Assembly (NCBI GenBank): GCA_904063045.1
Contig: CAJFCJ010000006.1
Coordinates: 1,246,097 to 1,310,096 of the forward strand
Source: Dimorphilus gyrociliatus
Lineage: Eukaryota; Animalia; Annelida
Length of the DNA: 64,000 bases
Direction of reading: 5' to 3'
Part shown: piece by piece, positions 12,795 to 23,604 of the stretch
How positions within the stretch are numbered: the first letter of the stretch is position 1
Layout of the letters: each line of letters starts with the position of its first letter
Program-made: the position numbers and the translations under genes
Notes under the pieces: generated by a model
Databases searched by the model: none
Seen by the model: only the letters and a program-made list of their open reading frames with translations
What the model was told of the DNA's origin: nothing

Positions 12795-15604
12795 ATGAGA
12801 TTATTCTTTGTGAAGATATTCTTTATTTTCTGCCAAATTTATTATATAACAAGCAATGATAGCTTCTGGAAGGATATGAGAATACCAGAGGAACATCTTC
12901 CATATGCACTATTTAAGGGAGGATTATTAGGTCAAATTTGTATGAAAGATAAATCCTGTCCGTACAAGGTAGTAAGCCCTATTCGGTATTGCGGATTAGA
13001 ATAACTAGTCAATAATCATTTCTTAAACGTGCTATAGAAATTTACGAATTCAACAAAGTGTTGGGGCTACGAAGAAGGATGTAATGATTGGGGAAATCGT
13101 TTTTTAAAGCCAGAATGTCCTGAAAAGGCACCCTATGGCTGGTAAGTCTAAGTTTCTCTTTTCAAAAATTTATCAACCACTTCAAAACTATTATCTGATA
13201 AATCTTTCCATGAAAAGGGTACCAGAAGGAGAAGATCAGATAGGTCAATGGTGGCTACAGGGTGATTTTGGATATGTTAAATCCGTTAGAGATAGTATAC
13301 AGCCTTTCTGCGAACCGGAAACTGAGGTTTGCATACAACGTTTGTATGTCTTAGATTAAACTAATTTATCTTACAGACTGATTCGTCTTTGTATTGTTCT
13401 GAAAATACTCGTTTTTGCAAAGGAAAGAATTTATATATCGATTTTACAAGAATTCGATTTTCTGAAAATACTAATAGGTTTAAACTTTTGTTCTATTCTT
13501 TTTTTTCTTTATTCTTTTCGTTAAGAATAATATTAATATATAAATTGACAAAACGTTCTATATTTTTCGAAAGTGAAGCAATAATAATGACAACAGTATA
13601 AAAGAACTCTAATTAAAACTGACTAAAGACTAGTTTTTTATTTAAAAAAAAAGAAAAAAAACGACTATAAAATGGCTTCCTATAATTTTGATCTATACAG
13701 TATATAAATTTATGCTCTTCAGAATAGAAAACGAGCAAGCCATACTTTTATTCTTTAAGGAAACTCTTTATAATCTTCATTTTTTATCTTTAGATAATTA
13801 TGTAACTAACACAAAAGAACAATGCCAAACCCTTGTAATTTCTTCTTTTAAATTGTTCTCTGTTAGAGAGAACCCATGAGCTTTTATTATTGATGTTTTT
13901 TTTAATAATAGATTCCAGGAGGACATATTTAGAGAAGGTGAAATTGGAGGTCATTGTCGTTTGAATAAAAATTTATTTACAAAGAATGGAGAACACAAGA
14001 GTCCATTACAATCTTGGTAATAATTACGTTAAAAAGTAATACCGTAACAATTTTTCTACATTGATAAAATCATTTTTATAGGTACGCTGAGTTGGAGAAC
14101 TACAGAGCTTTACCGTTTCAAGTTCCAAGCGAAAATCATTGTGATATTGTTATTAATAAGCCAACTATTCTAATGAAACTTGACGCAGGTTTTTACATTT
14201 GATATATGGTTTCTTATTATGTTATTAAACTCATTATTTAAAAAAAAAAGGAGTAAACTTGTATCATCATTATTGTGACTTTTTGAATTTATATGCTTCC
14301 CTCCACGTTAATGGATCATTCTCTAATGATGTTGAAATAATTGTATGGGATGTTGTAAGTATTTGAATATTGAAAAAAAGAACTTTAGTAATATTATGAT
14401 TATTTAATATTTATAGACTGAATTGCATTACGGAGAGTTATTTTATGACTCTTGGAAGGCATTTGCAAAGTCCGGCCAATTCACATACTTGAAAAGTTTT
14501 GAAGGAAAAAAAGTAATCTTTTATTTATAAGTACTATAAACTGTTTATCATCTAATTCTCTTTACACAGCTGTGCATTAAAGACTTCATGTTCCCTCTAC
14601 TACCTCGTATGAGGTATGGTTTATATTACAATACACCTTTGGTAAGTTGCACCATTGTACTCCAGTTATTACTATTTTCTATAGAAAAAAAATAAAATTC
14701 TTATTTTATCAATGTTATTTTACTGTACATTTCTTATTCATTTACATTGTTTATAAATCTATATAGATACCTGGATGTCGAACTACTGGTTTATTTAAGG
14801 CGTTTTCAAAATTTTTGATTCATAGACTAAATATTACAAGTAGAGGTCCAATGGTAATTACTTTCAAATAAATTATTAATCCTTATAACTATGTTGTTGT
14901 CGTTCTTTAGCGCAACAAAATAAGAATTACACTTTTGGAGAGGAAAACACCTTTCAGGAGAATTGTCAATCAGGCTGAAGTAGGTCTTAATTAGAAATTC
15001 ATTGTTGCAATTCTGTAAAGAGTTTTAACGTCTCATAAACAATAGATTGTTAAGGCGCTCAAGACAGTCAGCGAATACGATATTAACGTTGTAGACTATA
15101 GTTTCAGGTAAAACTTATATTCAATAAAAATGCGGGCTAATAATGATTATTTTAAGGGATCTTCCTTTCTTGAAACAAGTCGAAATTAGTCACAACAGTG
15201 ACCTGATGATGGGAATGCATGGAGCAGGTCTAACTCATATGTTGTTTCAACCCGATTGGGCTTCTATTTTTGAAATGTCGGTGAAAAAAATTTTAAATAT
15301 ATATTTATTCATAAAGCTGTAAAAAAATTCCTTTGTTTGTAGATATAATTGTGAAGATCCAGATTGCTATAAAGAGTTAGCCAATCTAAGAGGATTAGAT
15401 TACAATACATGGGAAAATGATGAAAAATTAGTAAGAGGAAACGAAGTACATCCCAAAACCGGTGATAGGCATGCAAAATTTGCGAATTACGCTTTTGACG
15501 TTGACGAATTTATGAGAATAGTACGTATGGCTGTTGAAAAAATCAAAAGAAATCCGTCGTTCATTGAGGCTAGAAGGAAAAAATTTGAAAGAGACGAATT
15601 TTAA
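12795..15604 (+). CDS. EOGT: EGF-domain-specific O-GlcNAc transferase (GT61); many short exons
   Basis: Signal peptide, then [51 protein letters not shown] and [13 protein letters not shown]. Ends in the ER-retention-like RDEF*. Confidence 0.93.
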
Positions 15605-15784
15605 TTCATTATGTTTATGTTCTTTCTTTCTGTTTTCTCTTTCTTTCAATTTCAATGTCTCAATTTAGCATATAAATTTAACGGAGAAGATTTTGTCATT
15701 AAACAAAAATTACTTGAATATATATAAGAAAATAGTAGAATTCGTCTTTTCGCATTATTAAGTCTTTAATCTTCTAAAATTTGT

Positions 15785-18700
15785 TTAATCTCCTCTACCT
15801 ATTTCGAAAAAGAATAAGATATTCTGACTACTGAGATTTAAAGGAATGAAAAATAAATTAAAAGCGGTATTTACCTTGGAATCGTTGCTTTTTCTATTTC
15901 CAATAATATTCTTTATTAAGTTTAGTTTGTTTTGTAGTCTCTTTACCTCTTGTCTGCTTGATTGAGCGGGTAAACTGTGTCGAGAAGAAATCTTCTTTTG
16001 ATCACCCCAGACTTCAATGTATAGATTTGAATCGGTTAAATAATCTATAAATTGCCTGTCAACACTATGAATCTTAAAGGTTGAAGTGTGATCAAATTTT
16101 GGATTTGATCCAGGAGAAGTATTAGTTTGGACCTCCTCCTTATAGAATTTATATTTGCACCATGTATTCGTAAAGCGTTCTGGGATGGAAAGGGCTTGTA
16201 GGACATGAATAGATAATGTCAATTTATTCTTTAAAAGATCTATAGGATCGTTAACGCTATCCTTTAGGGTTTGAGGAACGTCTGGGTTAATATCAACCCT
16301 AATAAAACCCGCTTGTTGACCGGTAAAATCTAAAAGAACAACCTCTTCGCCCACAAATTCAAATAGATGAGCTAAATATTGTAAGGGAATGTTACCGATG
16401 CCAACCATTTGTGGTCTATCGTCAAACCAAGGACCATTTTCGGCAGAGGGTAACGTATTTGATTGTTCCCATTCCTCGTAAGCAGATCTCATGGCTGCTT
16501 GCCTGTCGAGGAATTCACTCTTTGACCAAACGTATTCAATACCTTCTTCACTATCTTTAGCATGAACGCAACATTCAGATCTTTGACTGACATCACCTCC
16601 TCTAAGTTCAGGCGCTACCAGCAGCAAATAAAGTTTTATATTAATTCCCAGTTCATCTGCTATGATGTTCGCGTCATTAACAGCCTTATACAAGACCATA
16701 GCTTCTTGTGCTAATAAAGCATCTTCACTACCAAAGTCAAAGCCAGAATGCTTAGCTACTTCTGCCTGCGCTTCTTCCCAAGTCACGTCTAACTCCCCCT
16801 TTTTACGTGGTTCAATTAGTATGTACAAATTAGTTGTACCAAACATAAGCCTATCCAAATGTCTAACTCTTGTTCTTTTGAGAATTTCTTGCCCATTATG
16901 CCTAACCAATCCGTCAAGCTGTTCGATTCTAACCTGTGTTTATTGGATATCCGACATTAATTACCGCTAGACAAATGAGGCATTCCTACTGCAGTTGAGA
17001 CAGAGTTAGAGAAGCAAACACAATGAGTGGTAACAGTTCGACAAATATATATGTGGAGATATCAAATACGATAATAAGAGCATTTATTCCTATACTCTGT
17101 CCTTTTGGGATAATCGGAAATATTCTCTCATTCATTATACTAAGAAAAGGTATGCAAACGTCCACAAACTTCTACTTGATGTGTGTTGCAATAAGCGATA
17201 CTTTTGTTGTAACATTACTATCAACTCTACTCTTACTTAACAGCACTACTGGACTAAGTCTGACATTAAGTCTGAATTGCATTTTAATCGAAGGATTATT
17301 CCTTCAAGCTTCATTTATGTCTTCGTGGCTTCTTCTCGCTGTAACTATAGATAGGTTTATAGCCGTTTATTTTCCACTTAAGGCAAAGCTTTTTTGCACT
17401 AGGAAAAGGGCTAAAATAGTATGTCTATTATTTTGTATTTTCTTTCTATCTATTACATCAATACCAGGATTCGGCCTAAAAAAGGCCATTTCAGTAAGAG
17501 AGTTGGGATTATTAGCAATAAATTGTCAAGGTAGAACTGAATTAATAGATTTCTTTTATACAACATTTCTTGTCTTATTTGACCTGTTGATGTATTCTGT
17601 CATACCTGCGTCCGCAATGTTAATATTTAACATTGCTATAGTTGTTAGATTTTTAAGTAACAATAAGGTTGGATCTACAATAAATACAATGGTAAAAACC
17701 TCTAAGAAGACTACTAAATTACTACTATCAGTTTCAACAGCTTTCATAATTTGTTCGGTACCTCAAGTTTTACTCTCCGCATACCAAAGTTACGGTAAAG
17801 AGTCATACGGAGCAAGCTCTCAGCTGCTGGGAATGCTATATGATTTGACAAGCGTTCTTATTATTATCAATCATTCAATGAATTTTATAATGTATATGTT
17901 AACTGCAAATTTCTTTCGAAAGTCTTTCACTGAAACCTTTTTTAAGAAATGTAGTGGAAGTTTTCGAAGCACCGACTCAAATGGAGATTGATGAGAATGA
18001 CTTGAAAGACTCTTGGAATATTTCAAACTATTTTCTGTCTTTAACATTTAGTTACGATAATTATTGTTTTGCTTGTGTATGCTCTGTGCTTGTTTGCAAA
18101 CTAGAAATAACGAAAATATTACCTTGCCATCGTCTTTACATACAATTCTTGCATGATGTTTAGCAATACCGGGACCATTCATAACGATATCTGGCACTAC
18201 GTTTTTATCTCTGTTATTACCAACTGAACACTCTCGCTTTGGATAAAGAATGTGAATGACTTTTCCAGTCAAGGCTGGATCTTCGTTTACGTTGATTAAG
18301 TGAGGAAATTCTCTCATTTCTCTTTCTATAGCCTTTTCTTTATCGGCCATTTGTTGCATTTTAGTTTCGGCTTCTGATAATTTCTTTTTATAAGCCTTCT
18401 CCATATCAGTTATTCTGTCTTTGTACTCTCTAATTTCTGCCTCTTGCTCTTCTTTCATCTTTCGTAGTTCTTCGTCAGACAAACCGAACTTGGTGTTCGC
18501 TTTTAGGTCTTCCAACTCCTTAAGCAGACGTTCTTTCTCCCCAATCATATCAGCTAAAATCTTATTGGTTTCCGCTCGATTTACTTCAGCCTTGGTTTTT
18601 ATAGATTTGGCTCTATCAGCATATTTAAGGGTCGAGAGGGTTTGCTCATAGTTTTCTGAATCTGGGCTTATTGCTGCTAACATAACGGTTTTACTATTTC

Positions 18701-19658
18701 CCCCCAAAGCATTCATGAGCAGTGATGTAAGAATAGAATCTCTATAAGGGATATGCTGATTCTTTCCCGAACTTGCCTGATGGCATAGAGCTGATATACA
18801 ATTGCCTAATGTCAATAAAGACTTATTGATATTAACCGCCTCTTCAAATCTAGTACCCGACGATTCAGTCTGCTTAGACCTCTCAGAACCGGCCAGATCA
18901 ACTAGATTGATTGTTGAAAGAACAGTCATTTTTTCTTTAACTTTGGTCTGTGAAATATTAATGCCAACTATCGTATGGGCTCTACTACTATGATCGTTCA
19001 TTTTCGTTGCTGCTATAGTTCTCTGTTTTTCACCATCGGCTATTTTGACTAAGAGATCTTGTCCATTCCATACTGTTGCCTTAAATAGGCCTTCGACGAA
19101 GAAACCTCTCTTTGGATGATTTCTGATATGAAGGTTATGACCTCTAGTTCTAGATTCCAGAAGATCCCTTATTTTCTCATTATAAATTTCCAACATACTT
19201 ATGGTTATCTCATTTTGAACGCCTTTTTCATTCTTTCTGTCCAGTCTGCGAAATAGTTCAGAGCATATTCTAGGGACGATACCCCTATTTTTGTGATCAC
19301 CCATAACCGAATACGATTTACCACTTCCCGTTTGACCATAGGCGAATAAAGAGCCATTATAGCCTTGTATAGCTGAATCAAGAAGTTTACTGCCGAGTTC
19401 GTTGAAGATATCTTTCTGTTCAATATATTTAGATGATTCTGAATCCTTTGTCAAGTATCCATCTTCTCCGGTAACACTTCCATCATGTGACCAGAAAGAA
19501 TAATCATATGTAAAAGTTTTTGGCTTGTGATTGTCACTTGGGTCCACAAGAATTGTTTGATTATTCCGCATCTTAACAATTAACTTTGCTCCTTTCTTCA
19601 ATTCTCTCTTGTTGAAGGGTCTTACCCTAACTGCAACTTTAATATTTTCGGCAGCCAT
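15785..19658 (-). CDS. Kinesin-3-like motor (KIF28/KLP-6 type) with FHA and C2-like regions; 3' end uncertain
   Basis: IKVAVRVRP, P-loop GQTGSGKS, LEIYNE, SSRAH, DLAGSE and HIPYRDS motifs, then a coiled coil. The FHA domain is split by intron 16934-18122. The 374-aa downstream ORF continues the protein. Confidence 0.92.
17023..17991 (+). CDS. Intronless class A GPCR (FMRFamide-receptor/srw-like), nested in the kinesin intron
   Basis: Seven hydrophobic segments; GIIGN in TM1, SD in TM2, DRFIAVYFPL, and NHSMNFIMY in TM7; N-glycosylation sequon NSS. Confidence 0.92.
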   Translation: MSGNSSTNIYVEISNTIIRAFIPILCPFGIIGNILSFIILRKGMQTSTNFYLMCVAISDTFVVTLLSTLLLLNSTTGLSLTLSLNCILIEGLFLQASFMSSWLLLAVTIDRFIAVYFPLKAKLFCTRKRAKIVCLLFCIFFLSITSIPGFGLKKAISVRELGLLAINCQGRTELIDFFYTTFLVLFDLLMYSVIPASAMLIFNIAIVVRFLSNNKVGSTINTMVKTSKKTTKLLLSVSTAFIICSVPQVLLSAYQSYGKESYGASSQLLGMLYDLTSVLIIINHSMNFIMYMLTANFFRKSFTETFFKKCSGSFRSTDSNGD

Positions 19659-19962
19659 GTTTTATCTAGTATAACTCCTTTAAAATTAATATAAAAATAC
19701 AAATTATGCACCGCCTTTACCGATAAAGAATGTTGAAAAAAATTAGCAGACGTCTTTATCGATTAGTTTTGATATTGTTGTTGCCTAGCTAAAAGTTTTA
19801 TTGATTGCACGTACCTATATTACTTCGCGCGCAAATCCGCGCCAAATTAAGAATGGCGTTCTTTTGTATGAATATGCTCGGCCATTTTGCAGTAGTTCTC
19901 CAGCTTGAACAGATACATTTGAAATTCTTTAGGGAAAATAAGAATTAATAGGCCTATCATTG

Positions 19963-21627
19963 ATGGGAAATAAACTGTGCCCTACTCTGGGTAGAGGACG
20001 GAGAAAAAACTCTTTCAAGTTGACACCATTAGATGATCCTAGTCGTCATGCTAGGAAACGCCCCGTTTCTCAACATGCAAAGGCATCAAAATATATGTTT
20101 GAATCTCCGAAGAAGGAAAACACTGCTGCAGAATCACCTGTAAATTCGAAAGCTCCATCAATCAGAATTGAAGAGGACGAAGAAATAGTTCTAACAATAA
20201 ACGATGCGATAGCATCAAAGGAAGCTGATACGGATAAACAACAAATAGTTTGCCATGAAAATATGGGATTTGAAAGTTCATCGGAGGACGACAACTCGTT
20301 AAGAGGAGCAAAGTCGCAATCAACAGAGTTACCAACGAAAACAGATCAATTAACGGTACAAAATTTGGACGATATTCGTTTCCGGACAACGCCTGATAGC
20401 AGTGTTGCATCGGTGAGGGGTAGCTGTAATTCAGACCAGTTCGACGACAGCGAAATTAAAGATGAAGTTGTTGCAGAAGAAGAAGCAGATGAAGATTTTA
20501 TTGTTTTAAATAGAACTGTCCATAGTATTCAAGAAGAAATCGTTACAACTGCTACATCAAAAGAAATAGCCGAAATGACTACAAAAGAGGATCAATTTGA
20601 AGATATCATGCAAAAATTAGAGCAGATGGTTAACGAAACAACGAGCTTACTCGAGAAAACGAAATATCGGGAGTCCGTACACGACAATAGTTTAATTGCT
20701 TTTATGGATTTTATAAAGAAAAAGCACGAAGATGACGAAAGTAATCAAATTATTTCCGAAATGGAGGAAAAGGAGAACGAAAACTTAAAATTTTCTCAGT
20801 CGTTGAATAAGCAAATGGCAGAGAAACTTGCTGCTCAAGATTTATCTTCTGCTGAATGTTGGCGCCTTTTATCAGAGCATAAAAAGGTTGTGCAAGACGT
20901 AACGAGAAAAAGATTAGAAGAAAGGCAACGACTGCTTGGTAAGCTTAGAGAAAAATTAAAAAATAGAAGCGATTTTAGGGAACAGGAGAAGGATAAAGAA
21001 ATAGCCGAAGAACTAGCATCTAAGTCAAGTGATGATGACGAGGAAGAAGCAAACGATAAAGGAGACTTGCAGAAAGCGCAAGACGATCAGAGTACGATGA
21101 CAACTTCTAATCAAGTTGCTGGAGAGGTTGTGGTTCATCATCAAATAAGTGATGATACATCATCCCTGTCAAGTCAAGCCCCGAGTGACGAAATATCGCT
21201 TCCAGTGGCTACAAGAGACGGAGAAAGTGCAATTGAAAAAGAGAATGATGCCAATGAAGCGACTGAAAAGAATCAGTTTTCAATTAGTTTCAACATTCAG
21301 CAGGACGGTGTTTTAAAGCAAGATGAGAAACTAGAACACCTTCTTGAACTGAACACAGTGAATGCCATCTGCAGGGAAAATATTACAAAAAATGACATCG
21401 CAACTGTCCTATCCAATTATCAAGATGAAAGAGAAAGGATAGGAAAGCTAAGAGAAGCTGAGAGACATCGAGTCTTGGAGTCAGTGCAAATGAAATTAAT
21501 GGAAAAAAGAACTGTTATAAGTATGGAAATGGAGAATATTGGTGAAGAATTAGAAAAAATGCTTCGGCACTCTACTGATCAGACGCAGATTCGCGAATTA
21601 GTTAGAACTCAACTGCAAAATTTGTAG
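19963..21627 (+). CDS. Uncharacterised acidic coiled-coil protein, single coding exon
   Basis: About 554 aa from the ATG at 19963, which has an in-frame stop upstream. E/K/Q-rich heptads; N-terminus MGNKLC. Confidence 0.75.
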   Translation: MGNKLCPTLGRGRRKNSFKLTPLDDPSRHARKRPVSQHAKASKYMFESPKKENTAAESPVNSKAPSIRIEEDEEIVLTINDAIASKEADTDKQQIVCHENMGFESSSEDDNSLRGAKSQSTELPTKTDQLTVQNLDDIRFRTTPDSSVASVRGSCNSDQFDDSEIKDEVVAEEEADEDFIVLNRTVHSIQEEIVTTATSKEIAEMTTKEDQFEDIMQKLEQMVNETTSLLEKTKYRESVHDNSLIAFMDFIKKKHEDDESNQIISEMEEKENENLKFSQSLNKQMAEKLAAQDLSSAECWRLLSEHKKVVQDVTRKRLEERQRLLGKLREKLKNRSDFREQEKDKEIAEELASKSSDDDEEEANDKGDLQKAQDDQSTMTTSNQVAGEVVVHHQISDDTSSLSSQAPSDEISLPVATRDGESAIEKENDANEATEKNQFSISFNIQQDGVLKQDEKLEHLLELNTVNAICRENITKNDIATVLSNYQDERERIGKLREAERHRVLESVQMKLMEKRTVISMEMENIGEELEKMLRHSTDQTQIRELVRTQLQNL

Positions 21628-22233
21628 ACGTTTTCAAGATTTTTATTCTTTTAAGGCGTGTTAGAAAAAAATTGATTTTTTTTGCGACAAAACAAAACCA
21701 ACAAGATTCTAAAACGAAAAAAAAACAATTGACTTGTTATATAAAAAACTGCTTTATCAAAGTCTTTAAGAATTAATGAAAACCCCGTTAGATATGACAA
21801 ATTATATAAAGCAGTTAGCGAAGTTTATATTCAATAAACATCGATGAATGTCGTCTCATTTTCTTTAAATCACGAACAACTTATCACAATACGCACACCA
21901 CCCCACTCTTCTACACTTCGTTTCCTCTACAATTTAAAATATAAAAGCGATTTTGATCTAGAATACTTCGAGCCCACGCCCGTCACACTCCGATCCGACG
22001 CCGTTAAAGAATATCGCTTAAGGAATGTCGAAACAACTTCTCCACTTTCTGACTATTTTTTTTTTATGTACATTTTAATCCACGAGGGAAAATATTAAAA
22101 AAAAAAAAACATACAACAAAAAATCACCTCTCGCACCAAAACAAAACCAACAAATACAGCGCCTGAATGGAGCGAACGTGCCCTCTTATACAAACACAAA
22201 ATCGCGCGAGTTGTTGGTCAAAAGATTCTCTAT

Positions 22234-22946
22234 CTAAGCTTCAGGACAATCAGCTGCAATATGTCCACACTTTTGACAATTGTAGCAGAGGGGGCCGTCT
22301 TCGTTAGTGCATTCGCGCGCACGATGTCCGCTCTTACCGCATCTATAGCAAACCGTAGCCCTGTTTCCAGTTGCTTCGCTATCGCAATCTCTGGCCACAT
22401 GACCGTATCTGGAATTGATAAGATAACATCAAAATCATTTTTGCTTACATGCCAAATTTTTTACCTTCCGCAACTGTAGCACTTAGGTCCTCGGCTATAT
22501 TGACGCCCGCCTGCAGTGTTTCCACCTTCGTCATTATCTTTGTTGTTAGGACAATTTCTAGACACGTGTCCACTTTCACCACATGTGTAGCAGGCCTTGT
22601 CTTCCGGTGCTGCTTCGGGACAGTCCCTGGCGAAATGTCCAGATTCTCCGCAGCTGTAACAGGCGTCCTCTTCCTTTGTACAATCTCTTGCAATATGTCC
22701 ACTTTGATTACACTTATAGCATCTTTCAGCTTCTTCTTTGCAGTTCTTAGCGAAGTGGCCAAAGCGATTACACTTGAAACACTTCTCTAAAAAAGTGAAA
22801 ATTTATGAAATTAGTAAATGAATTCTATCCTAGCTAATAATATTCAACATACCTCCGCTGTAACCACCACGACCAGATCTGCAGTCGCGTGCAAAATGGT
22901 CAGGCTTTCCACATTTGTAACACTTCACTCTTCCTCCGTTGCTCAT
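22234..22946 (-). CDS. CNBP: CNBP-like CCHC zinc-knuckle RNA-binding protein; three coding exons; eight knuckles
   Basis: Manual translation: [28 protein letters not shown], then seven more Cx2Cx4Hx4C units, ending [17 protein letters not shown]. The ORF track shows only wrong-frame ORFs here. Confidence 0.9.
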
Positions 22947-23604
22947 CCTCTTAACTTCTTCCTGATGCTCCTCCTAAAAATATATTGAATATAATTAATT
23001 ATGAGTTTATAGGATAGTAGTGGTCGTTTACATTGTCTACAGTTCCCATTTCAATTCTATGGCTCGAATCCAAGATGGACGATTACAAGCTGCTGGGGAA
23101 ATATGGGAATTTCAGAACCTCATTTTACATAGGGTAGCTACTATGTGGGAACTAGAATAGTCATTTATGGGTTCACTAATTATCATAGAATTAATTTAAA
23201 AGCTCCAAATTAGCGATTTTGATAAATACGCAAGGAGAAATTTGAAATACTTACCGCTTCCTCTCCGATAGCGACCTTCGTCGAGATACACGTGAGTTTT
23301 TGCACACGAAACTGCCCACGGTACGGTTTCGGTAATCCGCATAATGGTTCTTATTGGTACATTACCCATGGAATTAGTGCCCTACTAAAAACGCTTGTGC
23401 AGAAAATGGCCGTGTGCAAAACCGTCGCAAAATATATAGAACTTTCTTTAGATCACGTGATCTGTTACATTCAAAATGGCGGAAACGTGGTTCGGTTAGA
23501 TTTGTTCAGTTCAGAAACAGTTGATGGAATAAATAAAATGAATAAATTTTAAAAACAATTATTTCTTGATTATCAATGAAACGTAACATTACAATCAGCT
23601 GACT

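Noticed and set aside
21844-22098. 84-aa plus-strand ORF
   Set aside because: It overlaps the likely CNBP 3' UTR on the opposite strand and has no protein-like features.
23255-23369. 46-codon uORF in the CNBP leader ending just before the main ATG
   Set aside because: Its ATG lies in the CNBP/BICD promoter and is probably upstream of the TSS. It cannot be supported without CAGE data.
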